Source: a virus (Duplodnaviria; Caudoviricetes). Taken from it: a DNA stretch of 56,463 bases. Under the pieces are notes generated by a model. That model was not told the origin of the DNA and did no database searches. It was given only the letters and a program-made list of their open reading frames with translations. Each line of letters starts with the position of its first letter. Within the stretch, counting starts at the first letter, position 1. Shown here piece after piece: positions 26,544 to 36,358 of this stretch. Location of the stretch: positions 1 to 56,463 of IMG/VR virus record IMGVR_UViG_3300025400_000023. One strand, given 5' to 3'. The position numbers were made by a program, and so were the translations under genes.

Positions 26544-27704
26544 TTAGATTCCTACCTTTGCTTTTAATGCCGTGATTTCTGCGGCTTGAGCGGTTACTAG
26601 GGTGTTAAGTTCTTGGATGGCTTTGATGAGCATGGGGACAAACACGCTGTATTTAACTGACTTTGTTGTTGTCCCCAAATCGTTCCCATCTTTGTCTTTG
26701 TCTGGTGATTCATCAATCATTGATGGGAAGACTTGCTCTAGCTCTTGTGCAATGACACCAATTTGTTTGTGATTTTCATAATCACCTTTAAGGTTGTAAT
26801 TGCGAACTTGTACTTTTAATAAGTCAGCAAGTTTTGGAGTTGCATCAACAATGTTTTCTTTTAGTTTGGCATCGGAAATAGAACCATAACTATTGTTGGT
26901 GTTTTGAACATTACCGTTTCCATATACCCTAAATTGCAAAGAAGATGAACCTGCATAACCTTCTATCAATCTGAATGTTGTTCCAGCAGATGTGGACGAA
27001 TCTAAAATTAAAACAGCATCTGTGTATGAAGATGTATCTGCTCTTAAATACCCAACCCTACTATTCGTTGTCGATTTAACAACTGATAAAGGATAAACAT
27101 AACTTGTAGTCCCCACTAACAAGTTACCACTAGAGTCTATACGCATTCGTTCTGAATATGATGAACCTGTGTATTGTGAAAAAGCTAAACCTGTCGATCC
27201 AGATGTAGTACCAAGAACAGATAAACGTTGTTCTTGAAATACTGTGCTACCACCCAAGTAGGTATTAGTACCGCCAAGAGAAGAATCACCACGAACATCA
27301 AGCGGTGTTGCTGGGCTTGTTGTACCAATTCCCAACCTACCATTATTATCTAGTGTCATTGCTTGGGTAAAAGTTTGTCCATATTTGGTTGTGCTTGTAC
27401 CAGTTTCAAAAATCAACTGACGAGTTGAACTTTCACGTAAACGCCAAGCCAAACGATTACTACCACCGTCACTTCTGTCAAGCCAAACAAATGGGTCATC
27501 ACTAGATTGTCCAATTGCAATAGAAGCATTGGCATTTGCGGTAATGTCTAAAGGATAAGCAGGGCTACTTGTGCCTATACCAACATATTGACTTGTATTG
27601 ATCGTAACCGCAGTTGTTCCTGCTGTTTGGAGTGCAAGGCTTCCTGATGTGTCACTTGTGACCACCACGCCCGCTGTGGTTGATGCGTTTATGCTTGCGG
27701 TCAT
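26544..27704 (-). CDS. tail fibre/spike with peptidase S74 chaperone
   Basis: SDAKLKENI...IGVIAQELE...MLIKAIQEL. Confidence 0.87.
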   Translation of the reverse strand: MTASINASTTAGVVVTSDTSGSLALQTAGTTAVTINTSQYVGIGTSSPAYPLDITANANASIAIGQSSDDPFVWLDRSDGGSNRLAWRLRESSTRQLIFETGTSTTKYGQTFTQAMTLDNNGRLGIGTTSPATPLDVRGDSSLGGTNTYLGGSTVFQEQRLSVLGTTSGSTGLAFSQYTGSSYSERMRIDSSGNLLVGTTSYVYPLSVVKSTTNSRVGYLRADTSSYTDAVLILDSSTSAGTTFRLIEGYAGSSSLQFRVYGNGNVQNTNNSYGSISDAKLKENIVDATPKLADLLKVQVRNYNLKGDYENHKQIGVIAQELEQVFPSMIDESPDKDKDGNDLGTTTKSVKYSVFVPMLIKAIQELNTLVTAQAAEITALKAKVGI

Positions 27705-27705
27705 G

Positions 27706-29442
27706 TTATGCTCCTACTTTCGCTTTAAGTGCGTTGAGTTCTGCCGAGAGTTCTTTTACTGCGTTGATCAATGGGGTAATAAACATTTCTCTTGAAATAC
27801 CTTGAATACCATCAGGGCCTTCTTCCCAGCCATTAAAACTTGTAATACCTTGTGCATCCATTACAGCTTTAACTTCTTGAGCAATAAGACCATGCATTAC
27901 AAGATTTGTATCAAGATTGTTTTCTTGTCTATATCTTGGATGATTTTTTGGCAGTTCGTTTTGTGCAATCCAAGTATATGTTTTTGGTTGTAAAGCAGTA
28001 ATAAACGCTAAACCAATTGTGTCATTTTGAATGTTTGTTTTTAATGATTGATCTGATGTTTGAGTCCATGTACCTGTACTTGTGTAATTTAAATGTACAT
28101 TACCACCACTACTTCCAATTGTTACTGTATTTGAACCATTGCCTCCTACGCTAGATCCAATAACAATTTCATATGTGTTGTTGTTGGCACTTCCACCGCA
28201 GTTATATCCAATATAGGTATTATTAGAACCAGTTGTTAAAGCGGGGCTTAAAGTTCCAGCATAAGTACCCAAACACACATTTTGTGCGCCTGATGTTACG
28301 TTATACCCAGCTTGAAAGCCTAATGCTGTATTGTTAGCGCCTGAAGTAATTGCTTGAATGGCTTGGGAACCCAAAGCAGTATTACCTGTTCCTGTTACAC
28401 CACCACCATTACCACCTAAAGCAGTATATCCAATACCAGTATTGTCATTAACAGTTGACCAATACCCAGCATAAGAACCTAAAAATGTTGACCTAGTTCC
28501 TGTGGTATTGCTATACCCTGCTTGATAACCTACTGCAGTGTTGTAAGAGGCTGTGGTGTTTAGACCAAGAGCACACATACCCAAAGCCGTATTAGCAACA
28601 CCTGTTGTATTTGAATTTAAGGTTGGATAATAAGAAGAACTATTTCCACCACCAACACCTACGTTGTTGCTACCTGTAGTATTACTTTGTAATACTTGAT
28701 ATCCAATTGCAGTATTAAAAGATGCTGTTGTATTGCTAAACAATGCAGAATCGCCAACTGCAACGTTTCCTGCACCAGATGTATTTTGATAACTAGCCAA
28801 CCTACCAACGGCCGTATTGCTGTCACCTGTTGTTTTTGCAAGAGCAGCATATCCAATTGCAGTTATGTTATTTATTGCTCCAGTTGATCCACCTAATGCG
28901 CCACCAGTACCATAACCAACACCTACGTTACTTGTACCTGTTGTGTTGTTGTAAAAAGATTGATAACCAATTGCTGTATTGTTAGATGCTGTGGTGTTGG
29001 AGTAGAGAGCTTGAGTACCAACTGCAGAATTATAGCTTCCAGTAGTATTTGCTTGTAATGAATAATTTCCAAAAGCTACATTATTTGCACCACTAGTATT
29101 TGAGCCTAAAGTTGTTCTTCCAAAAGCATCATTTACAGAGCCAGAAGTTAATGAATTTAAAGCAAATCTGCCAAAAGCATTATTGGTGTTCCCAGAATAG
29201 GAACTAGACATTGCGCTATAACCAACAACAGTTGAATAAATATCAGAACCACCACCCAATCCAACAGTCAATCCATGAATGGTCGAATCAGCAGTAGTCG
29301 TAATCGAAGTGAACGATGGAGATGTACCCGATACTGCAATCGTACCTGATGTGCTGGGTGTGGTTAATGTTACCGTTACCGCATCGGTAGGTTGAATGGT
29401 TGTAGAACCTGACGTATTTCCGTTTAGAACAATGGCGCCCAT
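27706..29442 (-). CDS. tail fibre with 14-aa beta-roll repeats and S74 chaperone
   Basis: Repeated NTA(V/I)GYQALxSNTTG units; SDQSLKTNI...HGLIAQEV. Confidence 0.87.
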   Translation of the reverse strand: MGAIVLNGNTSGSTTIQPTDAVTVTLTTPSTSGTIAVSGTSPSFTSITTTADSTIHGLTVGLGGGSDIYSTVVGYSAMSSSYSGNTNNAFGRFALNSLTSGSVNDAFGRTTLGSNTSGANNVAFGNYSLQANTTGSYNSAVGTQALYSNTTASNNTAIGYQSFYNNTTGTSNVGVGYGTGGALGGSTGAINNITAIGYAALAKTTGDSNTAVGRLASYQNTSGAGNVAVGDSALFSNTTASFNTAIGYQVLQSNTTGSNNVGVGGGNSSSYYPTLNSNTTGVANTALGMCALGLNTTASYNTAVGYQAGYSNTTGTRSTFLGSYAGYWSTVNDNTGIGYTALGGNGGGVTGTGNTALGSQAIQAITSGANNTALGFQAGYNVTSGAQNVCLGTYAGTLSPALTTGSNNTYIGYNCGGSANNNTYEIVIGSSVGGNGSNTVTIGSSGGNVHLNYTSTGTWTQTSDQSLKTNIQNDTIGLAFITALQPKTYTWIAQNELPKNHPRYRQENNLDTNLVMHGLIAQEVKAVMDAQGITSFNGWEEGPDGIQGISREMFITPLINAVKELSAELNALKAKVGA

Positions 29443-29457
29443 GTTAATCCTTTAGTA

Positions 29458-30252
29458 TTAGAGTACGACCCACCTAGAGCCGCTAGGAATTGTAATGACC
29501 ACACCCGAGTTGATCGTGATCGGCCCTGTACTCTCTCCGCTTGTACCGCTTTGGAAAGTATAGCTCGAAGTGATGGTTTGGTTGTTGACATAAATACAGC
29601 CAGATGCGTTAGCTCCACCAATACCGCCCCAGATCGACCCGTTGTACCCCTCAAATTGATTGAGCGTGGTATTGAATCGGATCATGCCTGTAGCTGGACT
29701 ACCGGGTTCCTGCGCTGTTGTTCCCGATGGAACTGTGATCGCACCTGTACCACCAAATGTCACCGTACCTGTGCCGTCCGTACTCAGCGTAGAAAACGTG
29801 GCAGAACTAACCGTGATGGTCGGTGTATACGTTACCGCAGAAACATAGTCTGTACCGTTGAACACGACCAGCGTATTCTTACCCGATGGAACCGTTACCC
29901 CTGTCTGACCTGATGCCTTGACTGTAACCGTATAAGATGAACCATTGATTACATAGTATGTCTTACTGGATGTGGGAGCCGTGATCGTGACGTTAGCCGT
30001 TAAGCTTGTAACGTCCAAAATAGCATACTGGGCCGTAGTCGTTGTGATCCCTGTGGATGAACTACTTCCTGCCGTATTCGCCAAAGTCAAAGCATTGGCC
30101 GTGAAATTAGCTTGTGTTAAGGCAAGACTACCCGCAATCGCAATATCCAAATACTGCGTTAAGCCATTGTTTACGTCATTACCCCAAGTACCAGATTCAG
30201 TACCTGTCGTGATAATCGGTAAACTTAATAGTGACGTTGGTGTGATTGCCAT
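29458..30252 (-). CDS. tail fibre base/adaptor protein
   Basis: TGTESGTWG N-terminus, GMIRFNTT..FEGY, C-terminal GPITI...IPSGSRWVVL. Confidence 0.7.
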   Translation of the reverse strand: MAITPTSLLSLPIITTGTESGTWGNDVNNGLTQYLDIAIAGSLALTQANFTANALTLANTAGSSSSTGITTTTAQYAILDVTSLTANVTITAPTSSKTYYVINGSSYTVTVKASGQTGVTVPSGKNTLVVFNGTDYVSAVTYTPTITVSSATFSTLSTDGTGTVTFGGTGAITVPSGTTAQEPGSPATGMIRFNTTLNQFEGYNGSIWGGIGGANASGCIYVNNQTITSSYTFQSGTSGESTGPITINSGVVITIPSGSRWVVL

Positions 30253-30259
30253 GTTGTCC

Positions 30260-31156
30260 TCATTGCGTTGGTACTATAACCCAATTGGGGGAATCTGAAT
30301 CATTGATTACCGACCAACCGGGTGTCTGCCCATCCCCTATATTTTGCCACGAAGGGTTCTGGCTGTCATTAATTAAAAACCATCCAATCACAGTATTTCC
30401 ATCTGCCATTGTGACTGATTCTGTCAAGCTAACATTGGCTCCAAACTGGATGGCTTCTATATCCTTTAAGGTAGTGGTTTCTACCAAACTAACGATAAAT
30501 CCTTGATTTGCCGTTGGCGTATCTGCTACCCCAAAATTCTCAGTTACCGAGAACAAATAGATGGTACTGATACCCTCTACCTCAGCTACCCCAATGTTTT
30601 CTGTAATGGCAAAGTAGTAAGTATCCGCCTCAGAATTGTTATCCAGCATTGTCAAAGATTCGGCAATGGTCTGGGCAAACTGGGCCAGAATAGTTGGGTT
30701 ATCCGCTAAAGTAGTACCCTCGGTCAATGACTCCAAGAACGCAGATGTTTGAGTACTTGAATCAGCCAATCCTGAATTCTCTGTGCGGCTAACGCTAAAC
30801 TGCGCTGACATAGAGAGCACATCTGCTATACCTGAATTCTCCGTATCAGATGCCGCAAACTGTGCGTTAATCGTATCTACATCGGCAACGGTTATATTTT
30901 CAGTATCTGTGAAATAGAACGCTGAAGTCTGGGTGCTAGAGTCAGAATTACTCAATCCCTCAACTATAGTCTCATAAAACACATCTTGTTCTGAATCCGT
31001 GTTGTTGGATGTAAGCGCCTCGGTAATAGAGTAAAAAAACGCAAATACTTGAGTACTAGAATCCGCTATCGCTATGTTTTCGGTTAACGACAAAACATAA
31101 GAATTACTGCCCGTTGATGCAAACGGTGATTGGGCAAAAGCGGATAAGCCAAACAT
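30260..31156 (-). CDS. acidic 20-aa repeat virion protein
   Basis: Start MFGLSAFAQSPFAS; about 12 tandem 20-residue units. Confidence 0.7.
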   Translation of the reverse strand: MFGLSAFAQSPFASTGSNSYVLSLTENIAIADSSTQVFAFFYSITEALTSNNTDSEQDVFYETIVEGLSNSDSSTQTSAFYFTDTENITVADVDTINAQFAASDTENSGIADVLSMSAQFSVSRTENSGLADSSTQTSAFLESLTEGTTLADNPTILAQFAQTIAESLTMLDNNSEADTYYFAITENIGVAEVEGISTIYLFSVTENFGVADTPTANQGFIVSLVETTTLKDIEAIQFGANVSLTESVTMADGNTVIGWFLINDSQNPSWQNIGDGQTPGWSVINDSDSPNWVIVPTQ

Positions 31157-31971
31157 CAGGCCACCACCCATCTAGATCCACTAGGAACCGTAATGCTCAC
31201 ACCGCTTGATAGCGTAATCGGGCCAACTGAATGGGCTGCATACCCACTTGGAATTGAGTAAGACGTGCTGATGGTCTGGTTGTTTACAAACAAACCGTTA
31301 CCTACAATTGACTGTCCATTGGTTTTGAAGTTTGCAGACGTATCCAGCTGAGCACTTTGTGACCCATTGGTATAAAACGACAAAGGCAAATATGTACCTG
31401 TACCGTTGATTCCTGAAACCAACTGAACATCGGTCGTGCCATTGGTTGCAATCAGAATCTTACTGGCGTTTGTAGGATCGCTATTGTTCGTAGCTTGCCA
31501 AGATGCCGCAGTAGATGTTCCATTGGGCAGCGCATAAATACCCGTTGTACTGTTTGTTGTACTGGTCTGGAACGCAAATCTACTGTTGAACGTGGCGTTG
31601 GTGAAGTCCGCTTGGAATCTTTGTGCTGTGTATCCAGCAAATACAACATTGTTGCTTGGGTCTAAATTAACAGACTTTTCAGCAGGGTAAGTGATAAAGA
31701 TATTAACCGTACCACTAAATGATGCCGCTGCCCCCGAGTTATTAGAGGACAGAATGGTTGTTCTAGATAAAGAAGGAGTTACAGAGCTATACGTTCCATA
31801 ACCCACTTCCCAGTTGCCAGATACATCCGTTGCGGCGTAGTAAGTCGTATTACCGCTGGTCAAAGCGGTAAAGTTCTGAAACCCAGTTACAGGAGTCGTA
31901 CCAAGAGTAAAGCTACCCGTTGTATACGAGGTGCTCTGTACCTGAACTCTATCGGCAACTTGCAGGGCCAT
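31156..31971 (-). CDS. tail/fibre-associated protein
   Basis: MALQVADRVQ...WEVGYGTY...LSRTTILSS...FITYPAEK; C-terminal VPSGSRWVVA. Confidence 0.72.
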   Translation of the reverse strand: MALQVADRVQVQSTSYTTGSFTLGTTPVTGFQNFTALTSGNTTYYAATDVSGNWEVGYGTYSSVTPSLSRTTILSSNNSGAAASFSGTVNIFITYPAEKSVNLDPSNNVVFAGYTAQRFQADFTNATFNSRFAFQTSTTNSTTGIYALPNGTSTAASWQATNNSDPTNASKILIATNGTTDVQLVSGINGTGTYLPLSFYTNGSQSAQLDTSANFKTNGQSIVGNGLFVNNQTISTSYSIPSGYAAHSVGPITLSSGVSITVPSGSRWVVA

Positions 31972-31983
31972 TTAAAGCCCCAA

Positions 31984-32589
31984 TCAAGATGTAGCAGTTG
32001 TGCTATATGTAACTGATACGGTATCGCCCGCAGTCGTAGTCTTGGCCGTACCAAAGTTACCCTCTGAGTACAAAACACCAGCAGTAGAACTTTGTGTGCT
32101 AACAGCACCTGTACCAGTCACCAAGAAACAACCGTAAATTGTACCGCCTGATCCTGTGATCGTGTAAGTAATCGCTGTAGCAGTACTTGATGTCACATTA
32201 GAAGGAGTAGAGCCTGTGGATGTAGATGAAGCAAAAACAGCCGTACCACGCACCGCAGAACCACCAACTGTATAAGCAGTAAATTCTTTACCGCCACCAA
32301 CCAATGTGGTCATGGTGTCAGTAGCAGCAGGTGTCAAGCTGGCATTGGTCAAACCCAAATATGGTCCAACAACTGTGTAAGAGCTACCTTTAAGTAGCGT
32401 ATCAAGCATCAATTGCTTACCTACAGCTACCACCAAATTAGGAAAATTCTCTTCCCATTTCAAATTGCCGTTTGCGTCATGGCAAACAACGTGATACCAA
32501 CCTTCAATACCCATGCCTTCAGGCACTTTGGCATTGGCATTAAGTGTAGCTACTGCGTAGTCTCCACATCCTTGAGTTTCGTTTGTCAT
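31984..32589 (-). CDS. virion structural protein
   Basis: KWEENFPNLVV...GDTVSVTY; T/G/S-rich. Confidence 0.7.
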   Translation of the reverse strand: MTNETQGCGDYAVATLNANAKVPEGMGIEGWYHVVCHDANGNLKWEENFPNLVVAVGKQLMLDTLLKGSSYTVVGPYLGLTNASLTPAATDTMTTLVGGGKEFTAYTVGGSAVRGTAVFASSTSTGSTPSNVTSSTATAITYTITGSGGTIYGCFLVTGTGAVSTQSSTAGVLYSEGNFGTAKTTTAGDTVSVTYSTTATS

Positions 32590-32597
32590 GTTTGCTC

Positions 32598-33014
32598 CTA
32601 GTTTGAACTACGAATTAATGCCGTTGTTGCAGAGTTAACTGGCATTGTAATGGTGAAATTAACTTGAGATTTGTCTGCCCCAAAATCTAAAACAACAATA
32701 GATTTGTTGCCCTTGCTTACGTTATAAAGCAAAGCGCACCGAGCAGTAATGTTTGAATTGGGCCACACCACATTGTTGAAATTAACATATGCCGTGTAAC
32801 CATAAACATTGACTGTTGCCCCTGTTACCAACTGCCCACCAGCCGTATACCCAGTAGCAACAACTTCATTGGTCGATGAATAAACAGTCGTAGAAGCATT
32901 GATGCTTGCATTACCCGTGTACAAAGCAAAGTAAAGCGTATCCGTCAAAAGGTTATGAACCCCCTGATACAACTCAGCTTTGAACGATGTGGTTTGCGTT
33001 TGGACTATGCTCAT
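32598..33014 (-). CDS. virion structural protein
   Basis: TSFKAEL..GVH...ALYT...GYTAGG...VLDFGADK. Confidence 0.72.
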   Translation of the reverse strand: MSIVQTQTTSFKAELYQGVHNLLTDTLYFALYTGNASINASTTVYSSTNEVVATGYTAGGQLVTGATVNVYGYTAYVNFNNVVWPNSNITARCALLYNVSKGNKSIVVLDFGADKSQVNFTITMPVNSATTALIRSSN

Positions 33015-33934
33015 ACAACAGGTTGCCTAACTTGACCGTCACGATAAGCATCCATACGGAGCTTTCCATCTCCCAAGTTCTTGAGTGATGCCATCGCCAA
33101 ATCATATCTACTTTTGTACAAAGCAACCATGTCAGCATCACCCTTGACATATGTAATCGCCTCGAACAACGTGCCATTCAACAATGCAGAGTCAAAATTA
33201 TCACCAACCCAAGTCTCACCATTGACATTGTTGATAGACGTTACCTGCGCCTGGAAACCTATTCCACCACCTATGGATGCAGTCAACGTATCACCAACAA
33301 CATAATAACAACCTGAGCTGATCAAATTGACAGATGTGACAACACCACCGCTAACAACAATAGTAGCAGTAGCGCTATTGCCAGTCCCGCCAGTAAGAGA
33401 AACATTGTAATAAGTGCCATTTGTATATCCCGATCCAGCCTGATATATAGACAACCCACTTATGGCCGCTTGGATGATAGACGTTGGATAGTAGTAATAA
33501 TGCAACTCTGCACTGTACGTTATGTTGGGAGTTGGCCCAATGATGAACGTCAGCTCTGCTTCATTACTAGACTGAGGACCAAAGATAGCATAATGCTTTG
33601 GCTGACCCGTTACCGATGGATCTGGATAAGCCTCTCTGATAAAGTTCACATCTTTGTTCAACAAATACAAATAACTGTTCGATGAACCTGGCACTGCAGG
33701 ATATCCAGTCGTTGGATAAACGGCCAAAGAATAAACAGATAGAAAATCGTTGGGACAAGATAAGTACTGATTACCAGAGGTAATAGTACCAGTTACATTC
33801 TTCCGCAAAGAAGGCAACTGCACCGTGTTATAGATGCGTTGCTCCGTCTGCTCAATCATACGATTGAGGTCAACCGTAGGGAAATTATTCTCTACATAGT
33901 CATTAACGGCAGTAACCAGTTCACTGTAATACAT
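33011..33934 (-). CDS. head-tail adaptor-like protein
   Basis: YSELVTAVNDYVE...EQRIYN...GPTP...ELHYYYYP...LLNGTLFEA. Confidence 0.7.
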   Translation of the reverse strand: MYYSELVTAVNDYVENNFPTVDLNRMIEQTEQRIYNTVQLPSLRKNVTGTITSGNQYLSCPNDFLSVYSLAVYPTTGYPAVPGSSNSYLYLLNKDVNFIREAYPDPSVTGQPKHYAIFGPQSSNEAELTFIIGPTPNITYSAELHYYYYPTSIIQAAISGLSIYQAGSGYTNGTYYNVSLTGGTGNSATATIVVSGGVVTSVNLISSGCYYVVGDTLTASIGGGIGFQAQVTSINNVNGETWVGDNFDSALLNGTLFEAITYVKGDADMVALYKSRYDLAMASLKNLGDGKLRMDAYRDGQVRQPVV

Positions 33935-34254
33935 TATGCCATCGGTCCTCTAGCAATTCTTCCACGCTCAGCAGCGCCATTACCCCTAGTCTCTTCACCA
34001 GTGGTCTTGATATCGTCCATGTGACCAATAGAAACCCCACCATTCAATGGAGTCCAATTGTGACGAGTAGGCATCTTCACCGCCATGCCAATATCAGGAT
34101 GATCAGGATTTTGCTCAATCGCCTCTGCACCAAACTTCTTATCATTCATGTGATGAGGAGGTGCATACTCAGAAGCCGTGCCATTATAAACACGCTTTGG
34201 CTTGACAATAGCTGGGCTATTCTTGGTTGTGGGTTTCATTTGTGTAGGCATCAT
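33934..34254 (-). CDS. small basic virion-region protein
   Basis: Ends TRGNGAAERGRIARGPMA. Confidence 0.7.
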   Translation of the reverse strand: MMPTQMKPTTKNSPAIVKPKRVYNGTASEYAPPHHMNDKKFGAEAIEQNPDHPDIGMAVKMPTRHNWTPLNGGVSIGHMDDIKTTGEETRGNGAAERGRIARGPMA

Positions 34255-34454
34255 CCACCTCTTCCACGTTGGTTCATAGCACGAGCCATGTTGCGTCCAA
34301 CTGCTTTCATGGATTCACCTGATACACCAGCCAAACCACCCTTCTTCAACTTAGAAAGATTGGTGTGCTTGCCAGTATGCTCTTGCTTATCGTGCATAGC
34401 AAAAGCCTTTTTGATCAGCTTCTTGTCTTCTTTAATGTCATCGTGCTTAGCCAT
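34251..34454 (-). CDS. small basic protein with LKKGG motif
   Basis: DKKLIKKAFAMHDKQEH...LKKGG...GRNMARA. Confidence 0.75.
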   Translation of the reverse strand: MAKHDDIKEDKKLIKKAFAMHDKQEHTGKHTNLSKLKKGGLAGVSGESMKAVGRNMARAMNQRGRGG

Positions 34455-34456
34455 GT

Positions 34457-34846
34457 TTAACTCCCTGTAATTGTTACCGTACCTACCGATGTCGTTGCTA
34501 CCAAATAGTTTGGCGTTAATCCCGCATCATTGGCAGAAGCCCCACCAACTGGATTCCATCCCCATTGAATATCTCTCGATCCCCCAGAAGGAAAACCTAA
34601 AATATCCAAACCAGAAGCGTCATAACTCAAATCAGGTCTTGGCTGCCTTACACCCTGTGGATCATCAACTGGATACATACCCAATTGAAGTTGAGGATGA
34701 TCTGGATCCCAACACTCAGGACAAACTTTCAGTTGATATAGTTTAGTCTTAATGACCTCAAACTTCAACTGTTTTAATTTGTACCTCTGCCCGCACCGAT
34801 CACACTCGGCAATCGAGTATTTACCTGATGCAAACCTGTTACCCAT
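34457..34846 (-). CDS. zinc-finger virion-region protein
   Basis: CDRCG...VCPECWDPDHPQL...PRPD. Confidence 0.75.
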   Translation of the reverse strand: MGNRFASGKYSIAECDRCGQRYKLKQLKFEVIKTKLYQLKVCPECWDPDHPQLQLGMYPVDDPQGVRQPRPDLSYDASGLDILGFPSGGSRDIQWGWNPVGGASANDAGLTPNYLVATTSVGTVTITGS

Positions 34847-35796
34847 TACGGAGTACTTCCACCAATAAACATTTGTCTAGGCACAAAACGAATAGCAGCT
34901 TTTTCACGATCCTCGCCCGCGGCAAGGTTGAACTGCTCATCGTACTGGCCCTTCAACATCTCAATCCTGTTCACCAACTCAGGCACTTTGGTGGCTATGT
35001 GATAAGCCAACCCAGCTGCAGCAGCAGGCAAAAACCTGTAGTTCATATCCTGAGTCTGAATACCTGAGCCAGTATCCTGAACTCTCCTCATTCTCCAATA
35101 CACAAAAGTATATGTAGTAGAACCATCTGGAGTCGGCCAAACCGTTATGGCTGGCAACTGAGGTACATAAATCTTTGCAGTAGCCGAATGAACTGCTGCA
35201 GTCGTATTGTTCTGCCCACGAACACAGTTGTACAAAACATTACCAGATATATACTGGTAATAAATCGTTTCCGAATCAATCTGAATATAGCCCTGAGCAG
35301 CTAGATTGACCGTACTGGAAATTGTGATTGTGGTATCTGTCGTACCTATACTAGAAGATAAAGTAACGGCAGTATTGGTCTGATCATACAAAGGGTTAGT
35401 CTCACCCGAAAGCCTCTGTACCCATACTTGAATTGGCCTTGCCTGAGTCAACTTGTTTGGGATCGTAGCGTAAGTAGAAACGCTAATACGAGTGATGTTT
35501 AAGTCAGCCTGATTGTTGGTCTGATTTGCATTTGTACGAATCACATGATCCAACAAATCAATCGTATCCGATGGCAAAGCATATGTATTCAAACCTTGAG
35601 TCAGGACAATACTGCCCTGCTCAATGGTCCACATATTGATGCCACGATTCTGCCACTCTATCGTCATCAGGTTCATTGACCTGCGAGCAGTACGCAAGTC
35701 ATAACCTGAGCGCAGTTCACGCCCAGCACGCTCCCACGCTTCCTCGGCTAAATCCGTGAAGTCAAGGTCAAATGAGGTTGTGCCAGAAGTGCTCAT
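34846..35796 (-). CDS. head-tail connector / tail tubular A-like protein
   Basis: EEAWERAG..LRSGYDLRTARRSMNL...ITRIS..Y..IPNK...WPTPD...GLAY. Confidence 0.72.
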   Translation of the reverse strand: MSTSGTTSFDLDFTDLAEEAWERAGRELRSGYDLRTARRSMNLMTIEWQNRGINMWTIEQGSIVLTQGLNTYALPSDTIDLLDHVIRTNANQTNNQADLNITRISVSTYATIPNKLTQARPIQVWVQRLSGETNPLYDQTNTAVTLSSSIGTTDTTITISSTVNLAAQGYIQIDSETIYYQYISGNVLYNCVRGQNNTTAAVHSATAKIYVPQLPAITVWPTPDGSTTYTFVYWRMRRVQDTGSGIQTQDMNYRFLPAAAAGLAYHIATKVPELVNRIEMLKGQYDEQFNLAAGEDREKAAIRFVPRQMFIGGSTP

Positions 35797-36107
35797 TCTG
35801 CCGCAGGTGTTTCAGCTACTGGTGTATCCACCACAGGAGCATCAGGTACAGAATCAACAACAGGAGCAGCATCTTCACTTACTTCTTCCGCAGGTGCATC
35901 AGTAGCAGTATCAGGCAAAGAAATAGTGTCAACAGATGGAGCATCCTCAGAGGATGAATTATCATCAACATGATTCTCCAATGTTTCTATGATTGCTTTT
36001 AAACGATCATCGTGATCACCGTATGCACTGTTGTGCGATGCAGCCAATCTTTTCAGTTCGCTCAGCAAATACTCAGCCTGTTCTTCAAGGTGTGATAGTA
36101 AGCTCAT
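35793..36107 (-). CDS. acidic low-complexity protein
   Basis: 104-aa ORF with a D/E/P/V-rich tail. Confidence 0.65.
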   Translation of the reverse strand: MSLLSHLEEQAEYLLSELKRLAASHNSAYGDHDDRLKAIIETLENHVDDNSSSEDAPSVDTISLPDTATDAPAEEVSEDAAPVVDSVPDAPVVDTPVAETPAAE

Positions 36108-36352
36108 TTTGATGCCCTCATGTTATCAATCAAATTAGGATAAGGTCTGCCCGCCGCTTTAGCCATAGCCTTTGCTTTTGCCTTTTTAGCAGAGCTAAGC
36201 TTTTTATGCTTCTTGGCAGGATTGGGGGTGTCCCAAACTTCCCCCCCCTTTTTATAAAGCGATACATCTTGGGGTTTATCCTTGCGATGTATCACCTTTT
36301 TACCAGGCATTTTTGACGGGTTAATGTCACCCATACCACGGCTTGCTAACAT
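36104..36352 (-). CDS. small basic protein
   Basis: SRGMGDINPSKMP...YKKGG...AGRPYPNLIDNMRA. Confidence 0.75.
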   Translation of the reverse strand: MLASRGMGDINPSKMPGKKVIHRKDKPQDVSLYKKGGEVWDTPNPAKKHKKLSSAKKAKAKAMAKAAGRPYPNLIDNMRASK

Positions 36353-36358
36353 GTTAGC

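Noticed and set aside
28200-29230. 42-bp periodicity as a DNA repeat array
   Set aside because: Degenerate at DNA level; explained by the 14-aa protein repeats
24995-29442. Diversity-generating retroelement or invertase-driven fibre switching
   Set aside because: No reverse transcriptase or recombinase, no long TR/VR pair differing at adenines, and all fibres share one orientation
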